DNA of 64,000 bases. Source: an uncultured archaeon (GTDB taxonomy: Archaea > Asgardarchaeota > Lokiarchaeia > Sigyniarchaeales > SOKP01). Below, piece by piece: positions 48,420 through 58,076 of the stretch. Within the stretch, counting starts at the first letter, position 1. The number at the start of each line of letters is the position of its first letter. The translations under genes and the position numbers were made by a program. The stretch is from NCBI GenBank assembly GCA_964598265.1, contig CAZRBD010000001.1, positions 1,590 through 65,589 of the forward strand, in the 5' to 3' direction. The notes beneath the pieces are model-generated. The model was not told the origin of the DNA. It worked only from the letters and a program-made list of their open reading frames with translations, and ran no database searches.

Positions 48420-49797
48420 TTATTTCTCTAATTAACATTGTTGCATATCTCCCCTTTAAAAGAGAAAACTCGAGCTTAACTTTTTTCTTCCCAGGATAGA
48501 GTTCATCGTCATCTATTTGTAATAATTTAAAACCGATAGGTTTACTGGTTATAGCCCTCAGAGAACCTTTAAATTTTGGTTCATTTAGAAACTCACTGCT
48601 AAAGAACTTCTTATTAAGGTTTAAATGCTTGAAAATTTCCTTCAACCATTGTTTTGCTAGTGGAAATTCATCAAAATTGGTATTATAACCAATAATAGGC
48701 AAAACTATTACAGCACGGTTTAAATCTAATGCTTTATCAATTGTTTCATCATAATTCTTTCCATAAATATATAAAGCCCTTGTTATATCCCCATTAAAAT
48801 CATCTAATATACTAATCGTATCTCCTTTTATAGGTTTAAACAATGAAAATCCTTTTGCTACCCTTAAAGTAAGCATTTTATTAAATAAAAATGATTGAAA
48901 AGCGCTAACTAATAACTGTTTAAGAAAGGATGGTAATGTATTTAGGCTACCAGAGTAGTCTCCTGGATTCTCTATCAAATGATGAATCATATTCCTTTCA
49001 TAATTCAAGCTTTTTGGGAAATTATTATAAGCTTTTTCAAGATTACCATCATTTCTAAGATCTCTTCTTACTATTTTAGAGTCAGATAACTCTGTAGAAT
49101 ATGTTGTTGATACAAGTTCATTAAAGGCTTGCTTAAAATTACCTTCTATTAGATAACGCCCAGCAATATGTGAATTTGGGCGATAACGCCCAAATCTCTG
49201 TAGTCCAAAATAATTAGGAAAACCAAAGTCATTTAAAAAAGATATGTAATTATCAATTTTTTCTTTTAGATTTCTAAAATTTTCTATGTTTCGAAGAAAA
49301 ATAGTAAAATTATTACCTTTGTGACTTCCTAATTTGACTGATTTTTTTGAGGGTTGAATATTCCTAATAAATATATCTTTTATTCTTAAACGCCCCAATT
49401 TTTCAATATAATCACCTTTTATAGCTATTTTTTGAACTGAGATAGAAAATTTATCTTTTAATCCAGAATAATTAATCCAACTATAAGGAATACTGAGATT
49501 GTTCTTAATTTTCTTTATAGCATCAAAAGTATCTCTATTAACTTTTACTAAATTGAAAGTGGTATATCGATCTTTCAATTCTTTAGAAAAGGGGTGACTT
49601 TTATTATCTTCTTTTATAGAAAGAGTTTTACCACTATGAATTATCTCTTTTACGATGAAATCTTTAAATTGTTTTTTGTATTCTCCGCCGATTCCCTTAA
49701 ACTTACTAGTTGCATATATTTCAATTCCTACGAATCTCTCTACATCTCTCTCATCATTTCTTTTAAAAGTATAAGTATCTTTTTCTGCTGTAGACAA
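48412..49797 (-). CDS. truD: tRNA pseudouridine synthase TruD/Pus7 family
   Basis: 'GLKDKFSISVQ' catalytic Asp motif and 'NYFGLQRFG'. Confidence 0.75.
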   Translation of the reverse strand: MSTAEKDTYTFKRNDERDVERFVGIEIYATSKFKGIGGEYKKQFKDFIVKEIIHSGKTLSIKEDNKSHPFSKELKDRYTTFNLVKVNRDTFDAIKKIKNNLSIPYSWINYSGLKDKFSISVQKIAIKGDYIEKLGRLRIKDIFIRNIQPSKKSVKLGSHKGNNFTIFLRNIENFRNLKEKIDNYISFLNDFGFPNYFGLQRFGRYRPNSHIAGRYLIEGNFKQAFNELVSTTYSTELSDSKIVRRDLRNDGNLEKAYNNFPKSLNYERNMIHHLIENPGDYSGSLNTLPSFLKQLLVSAFQSFLFNKMLTLRVAKGFSLFKPIKGDTISILDDFNGDITRALYIYGKNYDETIDKALDLNRAVIVLPIIGYNTNFDEFPLAKQWLKEIFKHLNLNKKFFSSEFLNEPKFKGSLRAITSKPIGFKLLQIDDDELYPGKKKVKLEFSLLKGRYATMLIREIIK

Positions 49798-49819
49798 TTT
49801 TCTAGCCTAAATTCCAATC

Positions 49820-50176
49820 TTATAATAACTGTAGATCTCCAGTTATTTTATCAACTTCTTTCGACAACATGGGGCCAATCCCTAAGGCAGTTGTTGTACC
49901 AGGTGGTAGTTGAGTTAGCCCCGCATCATTAATAATAGAGAAGGGAAATTTTTGTGATTCTAATTTTTTTACAATTTCATTGAATTGATCAATATTTTTA
50001 AGTTTAAGGACGACTTTTTTCTGCCCAGAATTCTTCCAATTCTTCCATACAGCTTTATTTCTTACTCGAACTAAATCTGACGCTGATAAACTTGCATGAC
50101 ATGATTGAGCACACTTTTTCCCAGTACTCATTTTTAAATCTGTCCTAATTAAAATAACTTGTTTGTATTCTTCCAC
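49820..50176 (-). CDS. pth2: Peptidyl-tRNA hydrolase, archaeal/eukaryal Pth2
   Basis: '[11 protein letters not shown]' and '[19 protein letters not shown]'. Confidence 0.9.
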   Translation of the reverse strand: MEEYKQVILIRTDLKMSTGKKCAQSCHASLSASDLVRVRNKAVWKNWKNSGQKKVVLKLKNIDQFNEIVKKLESQKFPFSIINDAGLTQLPPGTTTALGIGPMLSKEVDKITGDLQLL

Positions 50177-50230
50177 AGTAAATCTATTAGATATAAGAAG
50201 AGAGCTAATAAAATTTTATTGATTTATAAT

Positions 50231-50746
50231 TCAAAGTTGAAATTCTATAATACAAATACTTCCAGTCAATTCTAAAATCAATTCTTTGAGTTCATCTTCA
50301 GTAAACAAAATATATTCCTTATCATCTTCACTTAATACAGCTTTAAATTGAATGTCGCCAGTAGCTAAAAAGATTTCGTTCAACGAAAGTAATTTTTTTG
50401 GTGCAATTAACCCTTCTATTACTGGTCGAAGCTTATTTGGCTTTTCAATTAGAATTAAATCATCAATTTCGTATGCCTTTTTAATCCAAGTTATAAGGTT
50501 AGGATTAAACTTAATTTTATCTTTTTTCCCAATTACTAAAATTACCACATCTTCAAAATCTATAGCTTTAAAGAACGAGATATCTTTTAGAAAAACAAAC
50601 TCTTCATTATTCTCTTCTAAATTTATAAAATCTTTAGCTAAGTCAATTTCGAATTCGGATATTTCTCCCGCATCAAGTCTAGCTTGACAGTTATTACATA
50701 AGAATCCAGAATTTATACAAGTTTTATCTGCCGGAAGAACTTTCAT
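50231..50746 (-). CDS. Hypothetical zinc-ribbon protein at the head of the pth2-truD gene string
   Basis: 'C..x..CNNC' N-terminus; family not recognised. Confidence 0.5.
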   Translation of the reverse strand: MKVLPADKTCINSGFLCNNCQARLDAGEISEFEIDLAKDFINLEENNEEFVFLKDISFFKAIDFEDVVILVIGKKDKIKFNPNLITWIKKAYEIDDLILIEKPNKLRPVIEGLIAPKKLLSLNEIFLATGDIQFKAVLSEDDKEYILFTEDELKELILELTGSICIIEFQL

Positions 50747-50909
50747 GAGTTTTAAACTAATTGTAATATATCATTAAAAATTTATACCTCTAGTAAAAAG
50801 TATAGATATTGTTATTCTTATTAATCTCTATTAAAAATTGTTAATTAATTTTATTAAAAAAAATCTTAATTATTAGTTTTTAAAAGTAGGTATCAATAAA
50901 GTGATTTAT

Positions 50910-51830
50910 TTACACATCCAATGAAAAGTATTCACCTATCTCTTCCTCAATTTTTGAAATATCATTAATAACCTGTTTGAATTCTTCTCTAGGAATTTTT
51001 TTTCGATTGAGCAAAGTCTTTGCATATGTTTTATATTTTTCAACAATATGGGATTCAGCAAAATTATTTAGTTTTAGGCAAAATGAATATAGATATGAAT
51101 ATGTTTCTGCGTATTTCGAAAATTCTAATGATTCAATTACTTTATTTAAATAATATTTTAATCTCAGTTTCCGATCTTTGATCTCATCTTTTAGAGATTT
51201 TGATTCTGTTTGGTATTCAATAAATTTTTCATCGTCTCGAAGCTTCTCTGAGATTTCTATTAATTTCTTTGACATTTCGTATTTTTTAAGAAAATTTTCT
51301 TCTGTCAGATACCGAAAATTAAGGTCCTCTCTTTTTTTTGATAAATCTCCTCTAATTTGCTCTGATAAAGAACCTTTTTGATCCCATATTGACTTTAATA
51401 TAACACTCTGATCCGCTGTTAATGATGATTCACCAGATAATTGCCTTTCCGAAAGAACTAATTGTATTATTTTTAAGTCAAACATTTCAAGTTTTTCTGG
51501 TGTATGATCCCAATTATTAAACAATTCCTCATGGGTTTGAATGATATCTTGGATTTTTGGAATAATCTTTTTGACTTCTTTTATGTCTGCTTTTGCTGTA
51601 ATGATTACTAAATCAGATGATATCTCAGGTATACGTGTTATTAAAACAAAATATTCTCCTAATTCTATTGTATTCAAAGATTCTGAACTGTTTTCTGTTA
51701 ACTCTGATACGAAGGTTTGCAATGCAGAAAAAAAAGAGCTAAACATTTGTAGTTTTTCGTCGCTTTGGAAGTTCTTATTATAAATTAACTCTTTAGTATT
51801 GCTTTGGAAAAGGTAGAGTGATTGTATCAT
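50910..51830 (-). CDS. Longin/roadblock-like N-terminal domain protein with coiled-coil tail (distant paralog of 18285..19037)
   Basis: 'MIQSLYLFQSNTKELIYNKNF...MFSSFFSALQTFVSEL' parallels 'MIHDFLIIRDGLPLLVKNY...ISGFFSALNSFSDSF'. Confidence 0.45.
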   Translation of the reverse strand: MIQSLYLFQSNTKELIYNKNFQSDEKLQMFSSFFSALQTFVSELTENSSESLNTIELGEYFVLITRIPEISSDLVIITAKADIKEVKKIIPKIQDIIQTHEELFNNWDHTPEKLEMFDLKIIQLVLSERQLSGESSLTADQSVILKSIWDQKGSLSEQIRGDLSKKREDLNFRYLTEENFLKKYEMSKKLIEISEKLRDDEKFIEYQTESKSLKDEIKDRKLRLKYYLNKVIESLEFSKYAETYSYLYSFCLKLNNFAESHIVEKYKTYAKTLLNRKKIPREEFKQVINDISKIEEEIGEYFSLDV

Positions 51831-52023
51831 GTCTTATTCAGCTCAACTTTATTAAAAGTTAAATTCGAATTTTTCGATGAAAATTATTAATACCAATATT
51901 ACAATTAAAAAAAATGAAATAATTTATATTTACCCATTTCGAAAGGTAGAGATTTAATTTATGTGTTAATTAAACTACTATTAGGACAAATTTGAATTTA
52001 ATTTCAAACTTCAAGAAGTCATT

Positions 52024-52218
52024 TTAGATTTCTATAATATCACAACTAATATTTTTTAATAACCTCTCTGCGGTCAGCGGATCAACAGTATAAGTGTAAA
52101 GAATTTTCTTGGTCCTTAACTTTAATTTGACTAATTGTTTTAAACGCTTAACTCGACAATGAATGGCAAATTCAGAGATCTCCAAAAACTTTTCTTCATC
52201 AAAAATTTCTCTAGGCAA
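52024..52218 (-). CDS. rpl38e: Ribosomal protein L38e
   Basis: 'MPREI....FLE' and 'VKLKLRTKKILYTYTVDP..AERL' parallel eukaryotic RPL38 ('MPRKIEEIKDFL...VKFKVRCSRYLYTLVI..KAEKL'). Confidence 0.65.
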   Translation of the reverse strand: MPREIFDEEKFLEISEFAIHCRVKRLKQLVKLKLRTKKILYTYTVDPLTAERLLKNISCDIIEI

Positions 52219-52416
52219 AATAAATCAACTATATTACGTATTGTAATCGGTAAGTAGATCTATTAATTATTTAATTTTAATTTTATCAAATTTTATCATA
52301 TTCATCATCTGTTCAAACAAAAATTTTATTTTGAATCATGTGTTTTAGAAATTATTCTTATATTTAATTCTAAGTTATAATTTAAAGAATAGAAAGTACT
52401 TAAAAACTGAAGAGAC

Positions 52417-52578
52417 GTGCCGATCGACGATCCCCTTAAGAGAAGAATCGCAAGATATCATTTACTAGAGAAATCTGTATGTAGAAGATGTGGAGCTCTT
52501 AATCCAGTAAATGCTAAAAAGTGCCGTAGATGCCGTGGAAAAGATTTACGACCAAAAAGAAGAGAACTCACTAAATAA
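52417..52578 (+). CDS. rpl40e: Ribosomal protein L40e (53 aa, GTG start; too short for the ORF track)
   Basis: My translation is 'VPIDDPLKRRIARYHLLEKSVCRRCGALNPVNAKKCRRCRGKDLRPKRRELTK', which has the C-x2-C-x14-C-x2-C L40e ribbon. Confidence 0.75.
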   Translation: MPIDDPLKRRIARYHLLEKSVCRRCGALNPVNAKKCRRCRGKDLRPKRRELTK

Positions 52579-52633
52579 CCTATTATAGTTTTTTTCGATT
52601 GAATCATCAGCTATCCACGACTTTTTTTCAGGC

Positions 52634-53029
52634 TTACCAAGTTTCTACTTGCACTTTATGAACTTTTTCATAGTGTTTAATGTTTCGTGTTATTAATTTA
52701 ATATCCTTTTCAATAGCGATCGAAGCAATAAAAATATCTAATTCATTAATTAATTCCTCCTTTCTTTTTAGGCTTGCTCTAATTTCACCATAAATCTTCC
52801 CGTCAATAATATCAAAGGGATATATTACCAACTTAGACAGTAATTTATTAACTGCATTTATATTTTCTTCTTTACTTTCCGAGAGATATGCTCCAAAATA
52901 TAATTCAGCAACATTAATGGAAGATGTTGACAATAACTGATAGCTTTCAAGTAGTCTAGAAATTTCCTTCTTCGCATCCTCGTCATTTCTTAAGAATTGT
53001 ATAAGAATATCTGTATCTAAAAGAACCAT
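52634..53029 (-). CDS. vapC: PIN-domain toxin VapC
   Basis: 'MVLLDTDILIQFL' first acidic motif and a later 'D' in 'ELDIFIASIA..ITRN'. Size 131 aa. Confidence 0.75.
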   Translation of the reverse strand: MVLLDTDILIQFLRNDEDAKKEISRLLESYQLLSTSSINVAELYFGAYLSESKEENINAVNKLLSKLVIYPFDIIDGKIYGEIRASLKRKEELINELDIFIASIAIEKDIKLITRNIKHYEKVHKVQVETW

Positions 53030-53262
53030 TATAATTCAACCCTTCGGATTTGTGAGTTTTTTCGATTTTCATATATTATCTTTAAAAGCTTATCTGATTC
53101 AACTTTTGAACCTTGCCAAGATCCTGCTAACTCAAGGATTTCCTTTTGAGCTGGTTCTGATGTTAATCGAAGAATTAAATCATTAAATGATTCTTTTTTC
53201 CGTTTTTTACGTTTAAGCGCATTATACGCCTCGTCTGAAACGGAAATTGTTTTATAACCCAT
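53029..53262 (-). CDS. vapB: VapB-type antitoxin (RHH-like)
   Basis: 77 aa with a 1-nt overlap on vapC. The N-terminus 'KTISVSDEAYNALKRKK' is strand-helix-like. Confidence 0.55.
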   Translation of the reverse strand: MGYKTISVSDEAYNALKRKKRKKESFNDLILRLTSEPAQKEILELAGSWQGSKVESDKLLKIIYENRKNSQIRRVEL

Positions 53263-53310
53263 AATTTACTTAACCTTTATTAGAAATTTACATAATAGTT
53301 TTCTATAATT

Positions 53311-53334
53311 ATCTATATATAGATATCTATATAT
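53311..53334. promoter_or_regulatory. Perfect 14-nt palindrome ATCTATATATAGAT followed by a repeat of ATCTATATAT, in the divergent vapBC / RING-like spacer
   Basis: Read directly from the sequence. It lies 49 nt upstream of the vapB start. Confidence 0.4.
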
Positions 53335-53384
53335 TATTTTATATTTTACCATAAATTATTCGTATTTCTGTATTACCTGTTCAA

Positions 53385-53630
53385 GTGTCAGAAGAAAAGA
53401 TTGTGGTTTCTAAAGAGAAGAAAATTTGCTTGGTTTGTATAAGTGAAGTGCTACGGTTCTCATATATATGCAAATGTGGTGCTAATTATTGTGAAAATTG
53501 TGCTCGAGCATTAATTAATTTGGAAAATGTTTGCTTGGCTTGCGATGTTCCAATTGATTATTCAAAACCTGTGAAACCATTTAAGGATGAAGAAGAACGC
53601 ATAGAAATTCAGGAAAAAGCAAAAAAATGA
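53385..53630 (+). CDS. Small C4C4 RING-like zinc-finger protein
   Basis: Cys spacing is C-x2-C-x10-C-x-C-x4-C-x2-C-x10-C-x2-C in 'CLVC..CKC..CENC..CLAC'. Confidence 0.55.
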   Translation: MSEEKIVVSKEKKICLVCISEVLRFSYICKCGANYCENCARALINLENVCLACDVPIDYSKPVKPFKDEEERIEIQEKAKK

Positions 53631-53818
53631 GTAAAATTGATCTGAAAAAATGTAATATGAACGAAAGTAAATTCTTATTTATACCTAAAAGTTAAAGATT
53701 AAACTTTTCTAAATCTAATTCCTAATGTATTGTAGAATAGATGGAAAAATCGTAAACTTTTTTAATTTTATGACTTAGAGATCTATATAAATAAAATTTT
53801 TAAATATTAAAATCAAAA

Positions 53819-55519
53819 GTGAAAAATATGGCACAATTAGGTGGAACGCCCATTTTAATAATGAGAGAAGGTACAGAGAGAACGCGTGGTAGAGATGCTA
53901 TGTCAAATAACATCGCTGCTGCGATTGTCATTGCTGAAGCTATAAGAACATCACTTGGACCGCGTGGAATGGATAAAATGCTTGTAGACCAATTTGGAGA
54001 CGTCGTTATTACTAACGATGGAGCTACAATCTTAAAAGAAATTGATGTACAACATCCGGCCGCTAAAATGATGGTCGAAGTAGCTAAAACTCAAGATTCC
54101 GAAGTTGGTGATGGTACAACAACCTCTGTTATTCTTGCTGGTGAATTATTAAAACGAGCTAAAAAACTGATTGAACAAAAAATACATCCAACAGTAATTA
54201 CCGAAGGATTTCGAAAAGCCGCTGAAAAGGCTATTGAAATACTCGAAAATATCTCAGTAAAAAGCGGTATTGATGATGAGAAAGGTTTACGTAATGCTGG
54301 AATGACTTGTATGTCATCTAAAATTGTCTCAGAATCAAAAGAAATACTTGCTCAATTATGCATGGAGGCTATTAAAGCAGTCGCTGAAAAAAATGATGAA
54401 GGTGATTGGGTCGCTGATATTGATAAAGTTCAAATCCAAAAGAAAGCAGGTGAAGGTATCGATGATACCAGCTTAATAAAAGGTATTATCCTCGATAAAG
54501 AAGTCGTTAGCCCTGGAATGCCAAAATCAATAAAAAATGCGAAGATTCTACTCTTGCAAAGCGCTGTTGAAATCGAAAAGACTGAATTTGACGCTAAACT
54601 TCAAATTACCAGTCCAGAACAAATTCAACAATTTCTTGATGAAGAAGAGAAAATGTTAAGAAATATGGTCGAAAAAATTCAAAACTCCGGAGCAAATGTA
54701 TTAATCTGCCAGAAAGGAATAGATGATATGGCTCAACACTTTCTTTCTAAAACGGGAATTATGGCGATTAGACGTGTTAAAAAATCTGATATCGAAAAAC
54801 TCGCTAAAGCTACTGGTGCTGCAATCTTTACTAATCTTGATGATGTTACCACTGAAAAACTTGGATGGGCAGGATTGGTTGAAGAACGCAAAATTATGAA
54901 CGATTCTTGGATTTTCATTGAAGAGTGTAAAGATCCAAAAGCGGTTGTCATTTTTATTCGAGGAGGGACTGACCTTATTGTTGATGAAGTCGAAAGAGCA
55001 ATTCATGATACCTTATGCGTTATAAGAGATATCGTTGAAGATCAGAAAATCGTGGGCGGTGGTGGTGCTCCAGAAATGGAAGCTGCTATCCAATTGCGAA
55101 AATATGCCTCTACCCTAGGGGGACGTGAACAACTCGCTGTAGAAATTTTCGCCGATTCGCTCGATATAATCCCAAAAACCTTGGCTGAAAATGCAGGTCT
55201 TGACCAAATTGACTCACTCATGAAATTAAGAGCTTCCCATCAACAGGGAAATGTTTTTGCTGGTCAGGATTTAGAATCTGATTTAATTATTGTTGATATG
55301 ATGGCAGTTGGGGTAGTCGAACCCACAGTTGTCAAAATTCAAGCAATTAAAAGTGCTACTGAAGCTGCTTCAATGATTTTACGGATTGATGATGTTATCG
55401 CTGCTGCACGATCTGCTGGACCGCCTGGAGGTATGCCACCAGGTGGAATGGGCGGTGGAATGCCGGGGATGGGTGGAATGGGCGGTGGAATGACCCAAGG
55501 CATGAGCGATATGATGTAG
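53819..55519 (+). CDS. ths: Thermosome subunit (group II chaperonin)
   Basis: 'GPRGMDKML', 'ITNDGATIL', 'VGDGTTT' and a C-terminal GGM repeat tail. The likely start is ATG 53828. Confidence 0.95.
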   Translation: MKNMAQLGGTPILIMREGTERTRGRDAMSNNIAAAIVIAEAIRTSLGPRGMDKMLVDQFGDVVITNDGATILKEIDVQHPAAKMMVEVAKTQDSEVGDGTTTSVILAGELLKRAKKLIEQKIHPTVITEGFRKAAEKAIEILENISVKSGIDDEKGLRNAGMTCMSSKIVSESKEILAQLCMEAIKAVAEKNDEGDWVADIDKVQIQKKAGEGIDDTSLIKGIILDKEVVSPGMPKSIKNAKILLLQSAVEIEKTEFDAKLQITSPEQIQQFLDEEEKMLRNMVEKIQNSGANVLICQKGIDDMAQHFLSKTGIMAIRRVKKSDIEKLAKATGAAIFTNLDDVTTEKLGWAGLVEERKIMNDSWIFIEECKDPKAVVIFIRGGTDLIVDEVERAIHDTLCVIRDIVEDQKIVGGGGAPEMEAAIQLRKYASTLGGREQLAVEIFADSLDIIPKTLAENAGLDQIDSLMKLRASHQQGNVFAGQDLESDLIIVDMMAVGVVEPTVVKIQAIKSATEAASMILRIDDVIAAARSAGPPGGMPPGGMGGGMPGMGGMGGGMTQGMSDMM

Positions 55520-55650
55520 TAGAAATCTTATTAAATTTTTTTTATTTTACTTTTTTCTCTTATTGTTTATAGTAAATTTGATATATCTAATTTAAGATTA
55601 AAGCTATTTACTTCTATTACCTTAAAAGATAGCAAATTGAAAAAAAAAAG

Positions 55651-56055
55651 TTAAGTATTAAATTCTTTCTCGCGTTTTTTTTGGTTCTCTATCCATTTCT
55701 TAATATTATTAACAATCTCGTCGTATTTTATTACCTGTATATTATCAGGTAATTTATCGTTTTTAATCGATTTTCCATCCACTATTTTTTGATTATACAA
55801 CCCTGGAATATCCTGATAAATCGCTTGCACATTATTTTGTTCTGCAATATTGACAATATCTTGTGCCAATTTAACCAAACGACCCATTATATAGATGTCT
55901 AATGGTACTATCAACTGTTTAAAGAGCGTAGCTGCTTGTACCCAGTTTGGATCTTGATATTCATTCATAGATTTTTCTAACAAATCCCTAATTTTCTGCT
56001 CTATATAATTTTCAATATCTCCACGAGCATCATACATCTCGTCTAATCCTGCCAT
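55651..56055 (-). CDS. Hypothetical protein
   Basis: 134-aa ORF with no motif. Confidence 0.45.
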   Translation of the reverse strand: MAGLDEMYDARGDIENYIEQKIRDLLEKSMNEYQDPNWVQAATLFKQLIVPLDIYIMGRLVKLAQDIVNIAEQNNVQAIYQDIPGLYNQKIVDGKSIKNDKLPDNIQVIKYDEIVNNIKKWIENQKKREKEFNT

Positions 56056-56163
56056 TTATTTCCCTCCATTCATTTTTGTAATATCTCATTTCTTTGGTAT
56101 AATAGAAATTTAAACCATACTATTTAAACAAAAAATACTTTATTATTCAAACTATTTTGAAAT

Positions 56164-56352
56164 TTATTTTTCCTTTAACATTTTCGCGATATTTTGTGTT
56201 AGCTCGCACCCAACAATATCTATTCCTTGTATTGCGTGTTTAAGGTACTCTTTTATATCTTCAGAGTCGATATACCTTCTTAACATTTTTAAATCGATTC
56301 GTACCTCTATTAATAAATCAATTATCTCATCTAAGCTCATATTTGGTATCAT
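56164..56352 (-). CDS. Hypothetical small protein; contains the left copy of a 25-29 nt direct repeat
   Basis: 62-aa ORF. Its 'SEDIKEYLKH' segment recurs as a remnant near 60720-60760. Confidence 0.4.
   Translation of the reverse strand: MIPNMSLDEIIDLLIEVRIDLKMLRRYIDSEDIKEYLKHAIQGIDIVGCELTQNIAKMLKEK
56238..56265 (+). repeat. Left copy of direct repeat tgtYtaaggtactctYttatatcttcaga
   Basis: The 25-nt cores 56241-56265 and 60723-60747 match at 24 of 25 positions in the same orientation. Confidence 0.85.
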
Positions 56353-56539
56353 TATCTCTTCTATTATTTGCTCTTCAGGTATTTTACATCAGCTCCATTT
56401 TTTTTAATTTTACTAGTTTTATGTATAGATCTATTTAAACAAAAATTTCTTTTGTGAGTGACGTCTGGGGATTTTATTTTATATTTTAAGTTTAAATATT
56501 TGTTTTGAAATAAATAGTAAAAAAGACAAAAATTCAATC

Positions 56540-57262
56540 ATGGTTAAGAGTGAAAAAGCTCCCTCTGGTTACATTTATCGAGCAAATAATATTCATAATG
56601 GGAAAAATTACTTAGGAAAAACTGGAAAGACAATAGAAGAAAGATGGAGTGAGCATTTAGATGATGGTAGGGCATTAAAGCGAGAACGAGAAGCTAATCT
56701 TGATAAAAAAATATATGGTACTCATCTCGATAACGCTCTAGCTAAATATGGTCCTGATGCATTTATTGTGACACAGGAAGACGTTGCTTATAGTGAGGCA
56801 GAGTTGAAAGAAAAGGAAAGATATTATGTTAAGGAATATGATTCGATGAATCCAGATAAAGGGTATAATATGACGGAAGGTGGGGAAGGAGGTAGAATGA
56901 GGCTTGAAGTAATCGAAAAAATAAGAAAAATTTCGATAGAGAAGGCAAAAGATCCAATATGGCTGGAAAAAGTAAGCAAGGGAGTTTCAGACAAATATCA
57001 AAACGATCCTGAATATCAAGAAAAACAAGCTAAAGAAAGGAGAGAAAGGGGTGACGATCCGAAATTTCGAGAAAAAATGAGAGATGTAAATCGGCGATAT
57101 AAAAAAGAAATTAAGGATAAAAAAGAATTTCTAGAAGATATCCAGAGGAGGATGAGCAAAGAGATTGCTAAAAAGTATGGTATGAATAGATCAATCGTAA
57201 ATAAAACGATACAGGAATTTTTTAAAAACAATTTTAAAAACTCAAATGATAATTCACCATAG
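56540..57262 (+). CDS. Free-standing GIY-YIG nuclease-domain protein (homing-endonuclease-like) with basic helical C-terminus
   Basis: 'GYIYRANNIHNGKNYLGKT..EERWSEH' (GIY-x-YIG-R) and 'YNMTEGGEGG'. Confidence 0.65.
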   Translation: MVKSEKAPSGYIYRANNIHNGKNYLGKTGKTIEERWSEHLDDGRALKREREANLDKKIYGTHLDNALAKYGPDAFIVTQEDVAYSEAELKEKERYYVKEYDSMNPDKGYNMTEGGEGGRMRLEVIEKIRKISIEKAKDPIWLEKVSKGVSDKYQNDPEYQEKQAKERRERGDDPKFREKMRDVNRRYKKEIKDKKEFLEDIQRRMSKEIAKKYGMNRSIVNKTIQEFFKNNFKNSNDNSP

Positions 57263-57292
57263 ATTGATTTTGAACAATAAAAGCAGGTAAAA

Positions 57293-57883
57293 TTACACTA
57301 ATAATCTTAATGAAGTTTGAAATCCAAACAGAATCCAAAAAAAGAATCCTACTCCAAGAAAGGGAAGGAATTTTAATTTAGAACGAAGGATGAATTTATT
57401 AAAGATCATAAGATAGATTCCAACAGTAATAAACAAAATCGCTAATAGGGAGATGAAACTGATTAGAAAAAACAGACTTTTCTCATATAGGGTCAATGTA
57501 TAGACTTGTTCTAATGAATTTATTGAAGCTAATTTATCTCCTATATAATTAATGACAATTTGAGGTTCGGGGAAATTAGTAAAGACATTATACAGAAATG
57601 TTGAAAGTATCTTAAATAAAAATCCGAATCCGATGAAAATGAAAATTGCGGACCCGGCTCTTCCCCGTCTTTTCACCAATTCAGCATTTCCATGAATTTT
57701 TTCGTCATATTCTTTTTCTCTGGCGTGTAATAGTAACACAATTCCCATTAATGAGAAACATAGAAATAATATGTAATTGCCATTTTTGAAGAAAAGATAC
57801 CAAAAGTAATTTAAACCATCTAAAAAGTTATTTAACGGGTCTACTAACCATCCAAAGTCGAATTCTGGAAGAAAACTGAACAT
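57293..57883 (-). CDS. Membrane protein (4-5 TM)
   Basis: Hydrophobic profile. Confidence 0.5.
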   Translation of the reverse strand: MFSFLPEFDFGWLVDPLNNFLDGLNYFWYLFFKNGNYILFLCFSLMGIVLLLHAREKEYDEKIHGNAELVKRRGRAGSAIFIFIGFGFLFKILSTFLYNVFTNFPEPQIVINYIGDKLASINSLEQVYTLTLYEKSLFFLISFISLLAILFITVGIYLMIFNKFILRSKLKFLPFLGVGFFFWILFGFQTSLRLLV

Positions 57884-58076
57884 ATTGTCCTTTATGTAAA
57901 TGTTTCTATTTAATTAAATTGTCAAATTTGACACTTAATATTCTAAATAACAGTATTTAAAATTGTAAGATTTTTTAGAACAAAAGGCATTTATGTAGTT
58001 AGAGATTAAATATGATCAGAAAATAGGTTTTAATAAAAATATTTTATCTCAACTTATTAATTATTAGGAAATCAGA

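Noticed and set aside
56120-56445. 15-nt repeat 'ctatttaaacaaaaa' at 56120-56134 and 56431-56445, upstream of two minus-strand small genes; possibly a shared promoter.
   Set aside because: An A/T-rich 15-mer recurring once in 64 kb of AT-rich DNA is within chance expectation. The distance to the start codons (65-90 nt) does not fit a simple TATA box at -26.
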